A stretch of DNA of 64,000 nt from an uncultured Candidatus Rokubacteria bacterium (GTDB lineage Bacteria; Methylomirabilota; Methylomirabilia; Rokubacteriales; DASRDR01), in assembly GCA_963805625.1 (NCBI GenBank), contig CAWDVE010000013.1, forward strand, positions 1-64,000, in the 5' to 3' direction. The notes beneath the pieces are model-generated. The model was not told where the DNA came from, did not search any database, and saw only the letters and a program-made list of their open reading frames with translations. This document shows, one piece after another, positions 8,786-16,767 of the stretch; within the stretch, counting starts at the first letter, position 1; every line of letters starts with the position of its first letter. The translations under genes were made by a program, and so were the position numbers.

Positions 8786-8979
8786 CACTCGGGCGCCTCC
8801 GGGCGCGGCGCCGGCTTCTCGCTGGACCACACGGGCCCCTCACAGTGCCGCGCGCACCGAGGCGATCGCGCGAGACACCATTGACGAAGCCAGCTCGCAC
8901 ACGCGACCCGCACGACCGGCTCGCCCCGCAGCGCCCGCTTCAACCGCTCGAGCCGCTGGACGTAACTCGTTCGACTCAT
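8785..8979 (-). CDS. Small Cys-containing hypothetical protein
   Basis: 64 aa, coupled at both ends; four Cys plus His. Confidence 0.6.
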   Translation of the reverse strand: MSRTSYVQRLERLKRALRGEPVVRVACASWLRQWCLARSPRCARHCEGPVWSSEKPAPRPEAPE

Positions 8980-9428
8980 CGAAGCACCCGAATGGACCGG
9001 GCCCGCGCCGTCACGATCTTCTCGATCTCGTCGAGCCGCTGGCCGACGTTGGCGTCATGCGCCCGGATCGCGGCCTCGGCAAGCCTAGTCAGCGCGTTCG
9101 CATCCCGCGAGTGGAGCACGCCGCGAAGCACCTCGCCCCCGAGCTCCTCGAGGAACGCCTGGACCTCCGCCACCGTCTTGAGCGCGGGATTCGGCGCGTC
9201 CGGGCGGCGCAGGTTCCGCGCGCTGGATGCGGCCCCCCGAAGGATCGCCCCACGCTTCGCCTCCGTGCTCACCTGGTCCTCGGGCGAGTGGAACCAGCAG
9301 CGGGTCCGATTCGAGGCGATCGTGGTGAACGACCCGCACGGGTGCCCATTCCGGTTCAAGGCCGTGCAGCGCGGGACCGGCTCGACGGAAAGCCTCAAGC
9401 GGCCCGGGACGGGCATAGCAGGAGCCAT
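8976..9428 (-). CDS. Zn-finger protein, possible small-terminase-like
   Basis: RCTALNRNGHPC...RCWFH (HGGxSTG-like C3H finger) plus helical C-terminus; start uncertain. Confidence 0.6.
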   Translation of the reverse strand: MAPAMPVPGRLRLSVEPVPRCTALNRNGHPCGSFTTIASNRTRCWFHSPEDQVSTEAKRGAILRGAASSARNLRRPDAPNPALKTVAEVQAFLEELGGEVLRGVLHSRDANALTRLAEAAIRAHDANVGQRLDEIEKIVTARARSIRVLR

Positions 9429-9450
9429 TCGCGGCTTTTCCCCATCCTCA

Positions 9451-9733
9451 TTGCTCAATGCCCTCTCCCTATAAGGGATGAGCAACGTGAGCAACGACAC
9501 GGAGTCAGGGCCCCCTGGGGCCCTTGACCACCGAGTCTCGAAGTGGACGACGCGCGAACGCTGCTCACCTGAGCAACGTTGAGGATCGCCGCGTCTAGTG
9601 CGGGGTTCCGTGCCTCAGTGGGGTGATGTTGCTCAGGGTGAGCATGATCAGGAGCACGATCGGGTCCGACCCCGGAATGAGATGCGCTGAAACGTTGCGC
9701 AGGGGGGCTGAAAAAAGGGGGGGGTGAGCAACG
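9451..9733. repeat. Cluster of TGAGCAAC(G) repeats in both orientations, putative replication origin
   Basis: Forward copies 9479, 9488, 9570, 9725, partial 9639; reverse copies 9451, 9561, 9628, 9693; directly downstream of the replicase. Confidence 0.75.
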
Positions 9734-9737
9734 TGGT

Positions 9738-11690
9738 TCAGGCCGCATCGTCCCAGTCCTCGTCGGCCGGCCAGGTGGTGAGGTCGACGGTCAGGTGGAC
9801 GTGCTTGCCGTGCCGCACCTCCGTCACCACGGCCTGGGTCTTGTCACGGAGGGGTCCGTAGGGCCACGGCTTCCGGCCCCGGAGCACGTCGAGGGCGCGG
9901 CGATAGGTCGCCTTCGAGATCCCGGCCGCCAAGACCTGCTCCCCGAGGTCGCGCTGGAAGAGGCCCGCCGGCGCGGCCTTCAGGAGGCCCGCGGCGGTCG
10001 CCACGGCCTTCTGCACGCCCGCCTGGATGCCCTGCGCCGCCTCGCTGAAGCGGCCGCCATACACCAAGCGAACCGCGCGTCCGGGCTCGGGCTCCTGGAG
10101 TTCGAACCAAATCGGCGCGTGCCGGGGCCCGATGCGCTGTTTCGAATGCTTGAGCACCACGGCGAACTCGCCGAGGGAGCGGTCCCGCTTGAGATACAGG
10201 AGCGTATCGGCCGCGTTCCGCCAGTCGCCGGCCCCGCGGGCCACGTGCTCATCGCCGAACGCCACGCCGGGCTGGGTCGGGGCCTTCGGGGAATGGCCGA
10301 TCAGGAGGACCGTCGCGCCGTGCGTGCGCGCGAGCGGGAGGATGCGCGTCTTCATGAAGGCGCGCACCTCGGTGTTGTCGTTCTCCCGGGCGAGGCCAGA
10401 GAGGGCAATGGCACTGTCGAGGACGATGAGCACCGGCCGCAGTTGCGCGACGAGGGCGACCACCGCGGCGTAGTCCTCCGCGTCGCTGAGACTCACGCCC
10501 CCGGCATCGACGAACGTGATGGGGAGATCGTCGGGCAACTCGAGGCCCGCCTTGAGCAATTGACAGCGCCGCCGCTCCTCGGCGAGCGCATTCTCCCCGG
10601 CGAGGTAGAGCACCGGGCCGGATTGGACCGGCGCCTCGTCCGCGCCCGGCTCCGCGAAGGCGGGGCGACCCGCGGCGGCCATGCAGGCGAGGTACGCGGC
10701 GAGCCAACTCTTGAGACTTTCGCCCGCCGCCGACATGAGCGCCACGGCCGCGACGGAGATCCAGCCCGGCCAGAAGTAGGCGACGGGCTCGATGTCGCCG
10801 CGGGTGAGCTCCGCCCAGCTGACCACCTTCAACCGGGATGCGAGGCGCTCGGCGGCCGGGGGGGCGGGTTCTGGCGTGTAGCGCCCCGCACTCGCGGCGA
10901 TCTGCCGGAGCTCGACGGCCTCGAGCGGCGGCCGGCACCGGCCGGCGTTGACCAAGGTGAGGGCGCCGAGAATCTCCTCGGTCGTCATCCCGCGGCGCCG
11001 CATGGACCCGGCCAGCGAGAACAGGAGCTGATTCCGCCGGCCCTCGCCGATGATCTCGTCGACCACCGGGGCGTGGCCCGTGCCATTCCCGTTGGTCGGC
11101 TGAAGCCGCGCCAAGAGCCACGCCGGGGCGTCCGCGAGCGGCACGTCGGCGGGATCATGCAGGAGGTCCCACGCGTAGGCCCGGCCGTTCGCGTGCCGGC
11201 TCGGTGCCGCGACAATCTGCCCGCCGTCGCCGCGCACGTCGAGCCCCGGCGCGAGGGTCGCCTCGCCCTGCTGGTTCCCGATGCGCCAGCCCGGGTGCCG
11301 GAACAGCACGTGCTCGCCGCCGCCGCCCGTCACCTGGCGTGGCGTCCGTGGAAGCGGGCCGTGCGTGGCCTCCAGGCGCGCCAGCGCCTCGTCGCCGCCA
11401 TGCCGGGGGTCCACGTCCAGCGCGAAGACGCCGGAGGCAGCGCCCGTCGCGATCCCCACGTTGCTCTCGGGCCAGCGCGTGAACCACTCCCGGATCTCGG
11501 TCTCGATCACGGAGGCCCGCGTCGGCCACTCCCGGAGGCGCGGGTGCTTCCCGGGGTGTTCACACGCCGCGCCGCTCGGGCAACTGCAGCCGCCAGGGCG
11601 CGGCCCGTACAGCGGCACGACCCGCCACCCGCGCCGGGCATAGGTCAGAGCCGCCTCCACGCGCTGTGCATGGGTCCCCGTGGTGCTCAC
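9738..11690 (-). CDS. Bifunctional DNA primase/polymerase fused to PriCT and AAA_25/RepA-type helicase
   Basis: GKHP, NVGIATG, ALDVDPRHGG, TGGGGEH, GLDVRGDGG Prim-Pol motifs; GRRNQLLF PriCT; Walker A-like AAGESLKS, Walker B LIVLDS, LIGHSPK; GTG start coupled to the upstream ORF. Confidence 0.93.
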   Translation of the reverse strand: MSTTGTHAQRVEAALTYARRGWRVVPLYGPRPGGCSCPSGAACEHPGKHPRLREWPTRASVIETEIREWFTRWPESNVGIATGAASGVFALDVDPRHGGDEALARLEATHGPLPRTPRQVTGGGGEHVLFRHPGWRIGNQQGEATLAPGLDVRGDGGQIVAAPSRHANGRAYAWDLLHDPADVPLADAPAWLLARLQPTNGNGTGHAPVVDEIIGEGRRNQLLFSLAGSMRRRGMTTEEILGALTLVNAGRCRPPLEAVELRQIAASAGRYTPEPAPPAAERLASRLKVVSWAELTRGDIEPVAYFWPGWISVAAVALMSAAGESLKSWLAAYLACMAAAGRPAFAEPGADEAPVQSGPVLYLAGENALAEERRRCQLLKAGLELPDDLPITFVDAGGVSLSDAEDYAAVVALVAQLRPVLIVLDSAIALSGLARENDNTEVRAFMKTRILPLARTHGATVLLIGHSPKAPTQPGVAFGDEHVARGAGDWRNAADTLLYLKRDRSLGEFAVVLKHSKQRIGPRHAPIWFELQEPEPGRAVRLVYGGRFSEAAQGIQAGVQKAVATAAGLLKAAPAGLFQRDLGEQVLAAGISKATYRRALDVLRGRKPWPYGPLRDKTQAVVTEVRHGKHVHLTVDLTTWPADEDWDDAA

Positions 11691-11860
11691 GCGGCTCTCC
11701 GAAGGGCGCGCGGCCCCTGGCGCTCCAGCGCCCGCTCCAGCGCGACGAGCCGCCGGTCGATCTCCAAAGAGGCCTGCCGGGAGAAGGGCCTCGAGACGGC
11801 GCGCTCCGCCAGTCGAAGCTGAAGGCGGCGGACGCGGAAGCCGATCGATGGCCGGCGCAT
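11687..11860 (-). CDS. 57-aa basic hypothetical protein (not in ORF track)
   Basis: MRRPSIGFRVRRLQLRLAERAVSRPFSRQASLEIDRRLVALERALERQGPRALRRAA; starts 2 nt after the xis stop and its TGA overlaps the replicase GTG. Confidence 0.6.
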   Translation of the reverse strand: MRRPSIGFRVRRLQLRLAERAVSRPFSRQASLEIDRRLVALERALERQGPRALRRAA

Positions 11861-11862
11861 CG

Positions 11863-12069
11863 CTACGCCTCGACAACCTCGCGCGATTCCGCGGTGGCTA
11901 CCACGTAGCGCTCGATGAATGTGCGGAGGTCCTCGTCACGGAACAGCAGGCGTCGGCCAAGCCGGACATGGCCGAGCCGCCCGGCCGCGACCTCCTGGCG
12001 CACGCGACTCTCGCTGACTCGGAGCGCTCCCGCAGCCTCGCCAAGATCCCGGAGAAGCGGCTCACTCAT
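11863..12069 (-). CDS. Excisionase-family HTH protein
   Basis: EAAGALRVSESRVRQEVAAGRLGHVRLGRRLLFRDEDLRTFIE; AAGGAGG RBS. Confidence 0.88.
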   Translation of the reverse strand: MSEPLLRDLGEAAGALRVSESRVRQEVAAGRLGHVRLGRRLLFRDEDLRTFIERYVVATAESREVVEA

Positions 12070-12116
12070 GTGGTCCTCCTTGGCGTCATGCATCAGGTAG
12101 CGTCATTAGGCGCGAC

Positions 12117-12148
12117 TTGACACCCAAAGTGAACCGAAAGACACTTTG
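12117..12148 (+). promoter_or_regulatory. Sigma70-like promoter with inverted-repeat operator
   Basis: TTGACA(12117)-17 nt-GACACT; CAAAGTG-N10-CACTTTG at 12125-12148; ATG 7 nt after the -10. Confidence 0.65.
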
Positions 12149-12151
12149 TAC

Positions 12152-12784
12152 ATGGCACGGCGTGCTTTGAAGCCTCAAGAGAAGCGCTTCCCCCCGAAGG
12201 AGGCTCAGGACTGGACATGGGGGCGCCGGCCGCGACAAGAGGTTGATTGGGAGATTTGGCAGGACGAGGCTGGAGGCAAATGGGACGGGCTCTCCGCCAT
12301 TCGTGAGACGGCAGAGGCCGGGCCGCCCTCCGTCTTCTCGCCGGAGAACCGCTACGCGACGCTCGAGATCCTGCGGCAGTACCTCAGCCTCTGGCAGGTG
12401 GAGCAGGATGAACGCGAGGCTGGGATCCGCCTCTCAGCCGATCGGGTCGCATTCGGCCGAACGTGGGCGCGGATCGTCACGCTCGTGCGTGAGAAGGGCC
12501 TCCATCGCGCCCGGCAGCGATACGACCGCCTTCCGCGAAATAGTCCGGCCGATAGACACGCTCGGTTATTGGCCCTGACCTATCTCACGGCGCCGGGAGG
12601 CCTTGGGCGACTGAAGCGCTGCGCTGCCTGTGGCGAGTGGTTCGTCGACTACAGCCGGAACCGCTCAGGAAAGCGCTGTTCCCAAGACACCTGGCGCTGG
12701 TGGAACCGTGAACGCCGCCGGAAGGCGGGTCAGCCGAGCCAGCGGAAGGGGATCAGCCCCGCCGAGCCCGCGCGATTTACTTAG
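12152..12784 (+). CDS. Putative regulator with CGNR-like zinc finger
   Basis: RLKRCAACGEWFVDYSRNRSGKRCS; divergent from the xis-rep operon. Confidence 0.7.
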   Translation: MARRALKPQEKRFPPKEAQDWTWGRRPRQEVDWEIWQDEAGGKWDGLSAIRETAEAGPPSVFSPENRYATLEILRQYLSLWQVEQDEREAGIRLSADRVAFGRTWARIVTLVREKGLHRARQRYDRLPRNSPADRHARLLALTYLTAPGGLGRLKRCAACGEWFVDYSRNRSGKRCSQDTWRWWNRERRRKAGQPSQRKGISPAEPARFT

Positions 12785-12923
12785 ACTGGCGCTTCTTTCG
12801 CGACACTACCGTAGAGGCGAGTGTTCGACTTGACTGCAAGTCAGGCGCGAACAGGGGCTTGAGGGTGGAGGCGGAAACGTAGCAGTAGTTTGCGGACCTG
12901 AAGTCTACCGGACGCACCTGCAC
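12777..12923 (-). CDS. Possible 48-aa peptide downstream of the SDH protease
   Basis: GTG 4 nt after the protease stop with GAGGA; basic C-terminus RKKRQSK. Confidence 0.35.
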   Translation of the reverse strand: MQVRPVDFRSANYCYVSASTLKPLFAPDLQSSRTLASTVVSRKKRQSK

Positions 12924-12927
12924 GTCC

Positions 12928-13983
12928 TCAAGGTGTACCGGTCGCGGCCGAGGCGGGCGCACCACCTGACGGGGCATTCGGACCTCCTCGCTGGATTGAC
13001 TTCCAGGTAATGGCCACGGTTTCTCCCGCTCCATCAACCACGCCGTACCCGATCCGACGAAGCCGAGCGGTGTCGACAAAATAGGCTTGCACGACGACGG
13101 TTCCGGGCTTTCCTGATATGACTGCCTGTTTGTTGACCACGCGAGATTCACCTTCATAGTACCTCACAAGCCCTTCCATCCTCTGCTTCAATTCGGGTCC
13201 AGGCTCGGTCACAGGCAATCCTAGATCATTGCGGGCGTCTGATCGAGAGATCGGGAAGGAATGAGAGAAGTACTTCCCAGCTAATTGTTCAACGATCTGC
13301 TCTACTTGTTCCGGAGGCAACTGCGACCGCCGAGTACCAAGCACCTTCCGTGTGATTAGTTTGGACAGTTCCGCCGACTGTTCGATCGCGCCAAGGGAGA
13401 GTGGATGGACCTGGCGGAATAGCTCACTGATGACTGCAGCCATGTCACTGCCTTGGTGAGACTCCCCCAGATGTCGCCTTACGAAGTCCACACAGTGCTT
13501 GAGGTCCTCCACCGACATTGGTGTCGGGTTCCCGTCCTTGTCCTTCGGAAGCAGCGGATGCCGTCGTGTAGGGTCAACGGAACTCAAAGTGGCGAGTTCG
13601 GTCATGATAAGGGAGTCACCCGCTAGGGCAATGTGCGTCGCGCCACTATGGGCGACATCCGGAACGAGAATCTTGAGTTCGTCGGTGTACTCCCTCAGCA
13701 AGGACACGAGCTTCCACGGAACCTCTGTGATCCCGCCTGTGCTCCTCAAGAAAAGGCCAAGAACCTTCTGGTTCCCGATGGACTCGAGCAGCTCCGAGAA
13801 TGGACGATAGAGTTCAGGGCGCAGCATGCCTCCTTCGCCTATGTACAACGCGATGATGGGAGCGCCCAAGGCCTGTTCCAAGTCATCGATCAGCTTCCAG
13901 TTCTCCGGAACCGGAACGTTCTGTAGAGCCTGCTGGATCGGAACCTGTTGTTGACCTTGGCCGGGAGGAACAGGCTTGGCCAC
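12928..13983 (-). CDS. SDH-family ClpP-like serine protease
   Basis: STGG, AHSGATHIAL (Ser), SSVDP (Asp), SHSFPI (His); AAGGAG RBS; lower GC than flanks. Confidence 0.85.
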   Translation of the reverse strand: MAKPVPPGQGQQQVPIQQALQNVPVPENWKLIDDLEQALGAPIIALYIGEGGMLRPELYRPFSELLESIGNQKVLGLFLRSTGGITEVPWKLVSLLREYTDELKILVPDVAHSGATHIALAGDSLIMTELATLSSVDPTRRHPLLPKDKDGNPTPMSVEDLKHCVDFVRRHLGESHQGSDMAAVISELFRQVHPLSLGAIEQSAELSKLITRKVLGTRRSQLPPEQVEQIVEQLAGKYFSHSFPISRSDARNDLGLPVTEPGPELKQRMEGLVRYYEGESRVVNKQAVISGKPGTVVVQAYFVDTARLRRIGYGVVDGAGETVAITWKSIQRGGPNAPSGGAPASAATGTP

Positions 13984-14053
13984 CGGCGTGCGGCTCCTTC
14001 CTGACAGAAGGGGTCAGAAGGCGTCAGTTGCGTTAGAGGGGGCACATTCTAGC

Positions 14054-14120
14054 GTCTTTGCTCCGTCTTTGCTACATCGGCTGGCACAACTGGGCATTCC
14101 GGGGCACCCGTGGGCACACC
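14054..14120. repeat. att-arm repeats: GTCTTTGCT x2 and four 10-bp-phased GGCA boxes
   Basis: GTCTTTGCTCC/GTCTTTGCTAC at 14054-14075; ctggcacaac tgggcattcc ggggcacccg tgggcacacc at 14081-14120. Confidence 0.6.
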
Positions 14121-14175
14121 AGAGACGCGAACGGGCGGCCCAGGGAGTGGCCCGGAACCGCCCGTCACAACGATG

Positions 14176-14197
14176 AAAAGCCGCATCCCATGCGGCT
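14176..14197 (-). terminator. Intrinsic terminator downstream of tRNA-Val
   Basis: Minus strand AGCCGCA-TGGGA-TGCGGCT followed by TTT. Confidence 0.7.
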
Positions 14198-14204
14198 CCG
14201 CGAG

Positions 14205-14280
14205 TGGTGGACGATGCAGGACTTGAACCTGCGACCCCCGGCATGTGAGGCCGGTGCTCTGCCAACTGAGCTAATCGTCC
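14205..14280 (-). tRNA. tRNA-Val (anticodon CAC)
   Basis: 76 nt GGACGAT...ATCGTCCACCA; D-arm AGCTCAGTTGGCAGAGC, anticodon stem CCGGC/GCCGG with loop CTCACAT, T-loop GGTTCAAGTCC, encoded CCA. Confidence 0.97.
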
Positions 14281-14289
14281 GTGCCTGCA

Positions 14290-14318
14290 ATCCTAGCTAC
14301 TTGCCGGACGGCCGTCAA
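14290..14318 (-). promoter_or_regulatory. Sigma70 promoter of tRNA-Val
   Basis: TTGACG-17 nt-TAGGAT ending 9 nt before the tRNA. Confidence 0.8.
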
Positions 14319-15421
14319 CGGCCGCGGTCTGGACTTTGCCCGATACTTGGCCCGTGAGCCGCCGCGCCACGTCCTGGAGGTCTCGCCCGGATTGACGATG
14401 TGCTAGCGGTCGAACACGGCCCGCGCCTTGTGGCCGGTGACGGTCATAGCAACCCGCTCGGCCACGCCCGCGTTGACCATGTTTCGGACCGCCGTTCGCC
14501 GGAAGTCGTGCCGCAGCCGGCCGGGACAGCCGGCCTGCTTGACCGCCAGTGCCCATGCCTTCCGGAAGTCCCGGCGCCGGGTCCCCTTCCACGGCCCCCG
14601 CAGATGCGGGAACAGGAACGGGATACACGCGGCCGAGCGTGCGCTCGAGCACTCGGACGCGATCTACTTGGGCGGCCAGCTGGGCCTGGACGTCGGCCGG
14701 GAGGTAGACGACCCGCCCGTCGTCGTTCCTCGTGGTGGTGCCGGGATCCAGCCGCAGGGTCCCCGCCTCGAGGTCGAGGTGTCGGCGCTCGAGGGTGAGC
14801 CCTTCGCTCTGCATCCGCCAGCCGAACGTGTACGCTACCCCCCACGGACACCTGGAGATCCGGCGGGAGATGCTTTCTGACTGCGGCGAACTGCCCGAGT
14901 TCGAAGAAGCCTTGGCGCGGGCCGTTCTCCTTCAGCTTCCGGATCATTAGGGAAAGCACTTTGCGCGTCTCGTAGCCGAGCCGGAGCATCCGGATCAAGA
15001 CCGCGAGCTCGCGGTTGATCGTGCCGTTTGCGCCCCCTCCCCATGCCGGTGCGCGACATAGGCCGTGGCCTCGGGCTGCCCGAGGCGCGATGGCCCGCAA
15101 AGAACGCCTTGAGGTGGGCGAAGCGACCGTCCGCCTCCTCGAGGTCCCGGCATTCGGTCGTCTCGCAATGCCCCCGGAGATCCGCCGCAAGCTCCTCGTA
15201 GCGCACGCGATCCGCTCGAGACAGCCCGGGCTGCCCGGTCGCGACGCGGCCCTCGCGCCCCTTGAGGAAGCGCTGCGCTTCGGTCCGACTGTCGGTGTCG
15301 GCCGGCCATTCACGTAGTACTTCACCCACCAGATCCGCGACTCGATCAGCACGCCGGCCGCCTTGGCGGACTTGTACGTCTGCCCGGTCGGCGGATACTT
15401 GGGACGCCACACGCTTCCCAT
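14293..15421 (-). pseudogene. Degraded tyrosine integrase (multiple frameshifts)
   Basis: Fragments in three frames: WWVKYYVNG, GTINRELAVL...GFFE, LRLDPGTT...[25 protein letters not shown]; homologous to integrase 32-1213. Confidence 0.9.
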
Positions 15422-15506
15422 TGCCGGCGGCCGATGCAGATGAGCCCCAGGCGCTGGCGGAGCGCGGCGATCCGGCGTCCGACCTTGGCCGCGCCGGTCG
15501 ACATGG

Positions 15507-15863
15507 CTAGGCGGTGCCCCTGCCTGAACCGGGGCGCTCTCGCCGCACCACGACAAAGCCCAATGCCCGCCAGGCGGCCGGCATGCGTCGACGTCGCTCG
15601 GCCCGTCGTCGGTCAGGCAACCGCGCCTCAGGCCGTTGGCGGCGCTCCAGTTGTCGCTGGTCCAGGAACACCGGCTCGGGTTCAGGGTCTCGGCGGTCTT
15701 GGACACGCCGCTCCACGGGGACCGATGCAGCGGGACGACGCCGATCACCCGCCCGGCGATCCCAGAGGAGTTCCACGTCGTCGCCGAGCGTCTGCGCCAA
15801 CGTCGCCTGGAAGTGTTGGAACACCCGGTTGGCGTCGCGCCGGACGACGATGAGCGTCGTCAT
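15507..15863 (-). CDS. Small protein with tandem DRR/ERR repeats
   Basis: LIVVRRD...WDRRAGDRRR...ERRVQDRR...ERRQR...DRRRAERRRR...LGFVVVR. Confidence 0.75.
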   Translation of the reverse strand: MTTLIVVRRDANRVFQHFQATLAQTLGDDVELLWDRRAGDRRRPAASVPVERRVQDRRDPEPEPVFLDQRQLERRQRPEARLPDRRRAERRRRMPAAWRALGFVVVRRERPGSGRGTA

Positions 15864-15865
15864 CG

Positions 15866-16535
15866 CTACTGGATCAACTCGTCCGCCCGCGCCAGCACTG
15901 ACGGCGGGATCGTCAGACCGAGGGCCTTGGCGGTCTTGAGATTAATGACGAGCTCCACCTTCGTGGGTTGCTCGAGCCGCGGCCTCGGTCTCCCGCAGAA
16001 CCTCCGCGGCGCCGGGGTCAGTCGGATTCCAGACAACGGCCACAAGGGCAATATTGGGGACGGCCTCTTTGTGGAGCTGTAACCGTTTACCGCTCAGCTC
16101 GGGGTGCATCAAGGTCAATCCTGTGACATTTCCGCCGGGCCGGGAGAGACTGCCCACCACCCCGGCCTTCACCGGGTCGCCGGCGATGGCCATCACGACG
16201 GGAATGATTTGGGTGGCATGCGCGGCGGCCAGCGCCGCCGCGTTGCTCTCGGTGACGATGACGTCGACCTTGAGACGCACCAGTTCGGCCGCCAGGGCCG
16301 AGAGTTTGTCGGTCCTTCCTGCCGCGAACCGAAACTCGAGGGCGATGTTTCGGCCCTCAACATAGCCGTGCTCCCGAAGGCCCTGCCGGAACGTCTCAGC
16401 GAGCGGCGTCGAGGATGCGACCAGAAGCGTGAGCACTCCGATCCGGGCGACCTTCGCCGGCGGCTGCGCCTCCGCGAGAAGCGGCACGGCGAGGAGGGCT
16501 AGGGCAAGGCCGAGCGTGAGCCCCCGAACCCTCAT
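15866..16535 (-). pseudogene. ABC substrate-binding protein with internal deletion/frameshift
   Basis: N-terminal ~190 aa paralogous to 4216-5217, joined out of frame to the terminal [36 protein letters not shown]. Confidence 0.85.
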
Positions 16536-16751
16536 GGGCGTGCTCCTTTCGTTCGGCGGCTGAGGGCCGTCCCGCCGACCCTACCAAGCCCCCGACCCGG
16601 ACGCCAGACGGGCCTGGACGCGGGTAACGGCAAGAGCGGGCGGGCCGAGATAGCCATCGCCGGCGCGACGCCGCGTCGTCCACATGCCGACGTGTCGCGC
16701 GTTCTGGCAGCCCAGCCTGAGAAAAACGACCCCGGCCGTCCGATTTCCACC

Positions 16752-16767
16752 TGGCACTGGCCCTGCA
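16752..16767 (+). promoter_or_regulatory. Candidate sigma54 promoter
   Basis: TGGCACTGGCCCTGCA, GG-N10-GC. Confidence 0.55.

Larger units (their letters stand above)
1..14204. mobile_element. Integrated phage-satellite-like element at tRNA-Val 3' end (left boundary outside window)
   Basis: Integrase, Xis-like HTHs, divergent regulator, Prim-Pol/AAA replicase, iteron cluster and coupled hypothetical operon abutting the tRNA 3' end; shared CTTTGC(C/T)AC repeats at both ends; no recognisable virion genes. Confidence 0.85.

Noticed and set aside
9451-9733. Possible CRISPR-like array
   Set aside because: Repeats are 8-9 bp, in mixed orientation and irregularly spaced; no cas genes; no CRISPR array seen anywhere in the window
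9795-11822. 675-aa plus-strand ORF
   Set aside because: Antisense shadow of the Prim-Pol gene, expected from GC-rich codon bias; no motifs
11691-11876. N-terminal extension of the replicase in the ORF track
   Set aside because: Better explained by a separate 57-aa ORF whose stop overlaps the GTG at 11690
14014-14265. 83-aa ORF
   Set aside because: Overlaps tRNA-Val and its terminator
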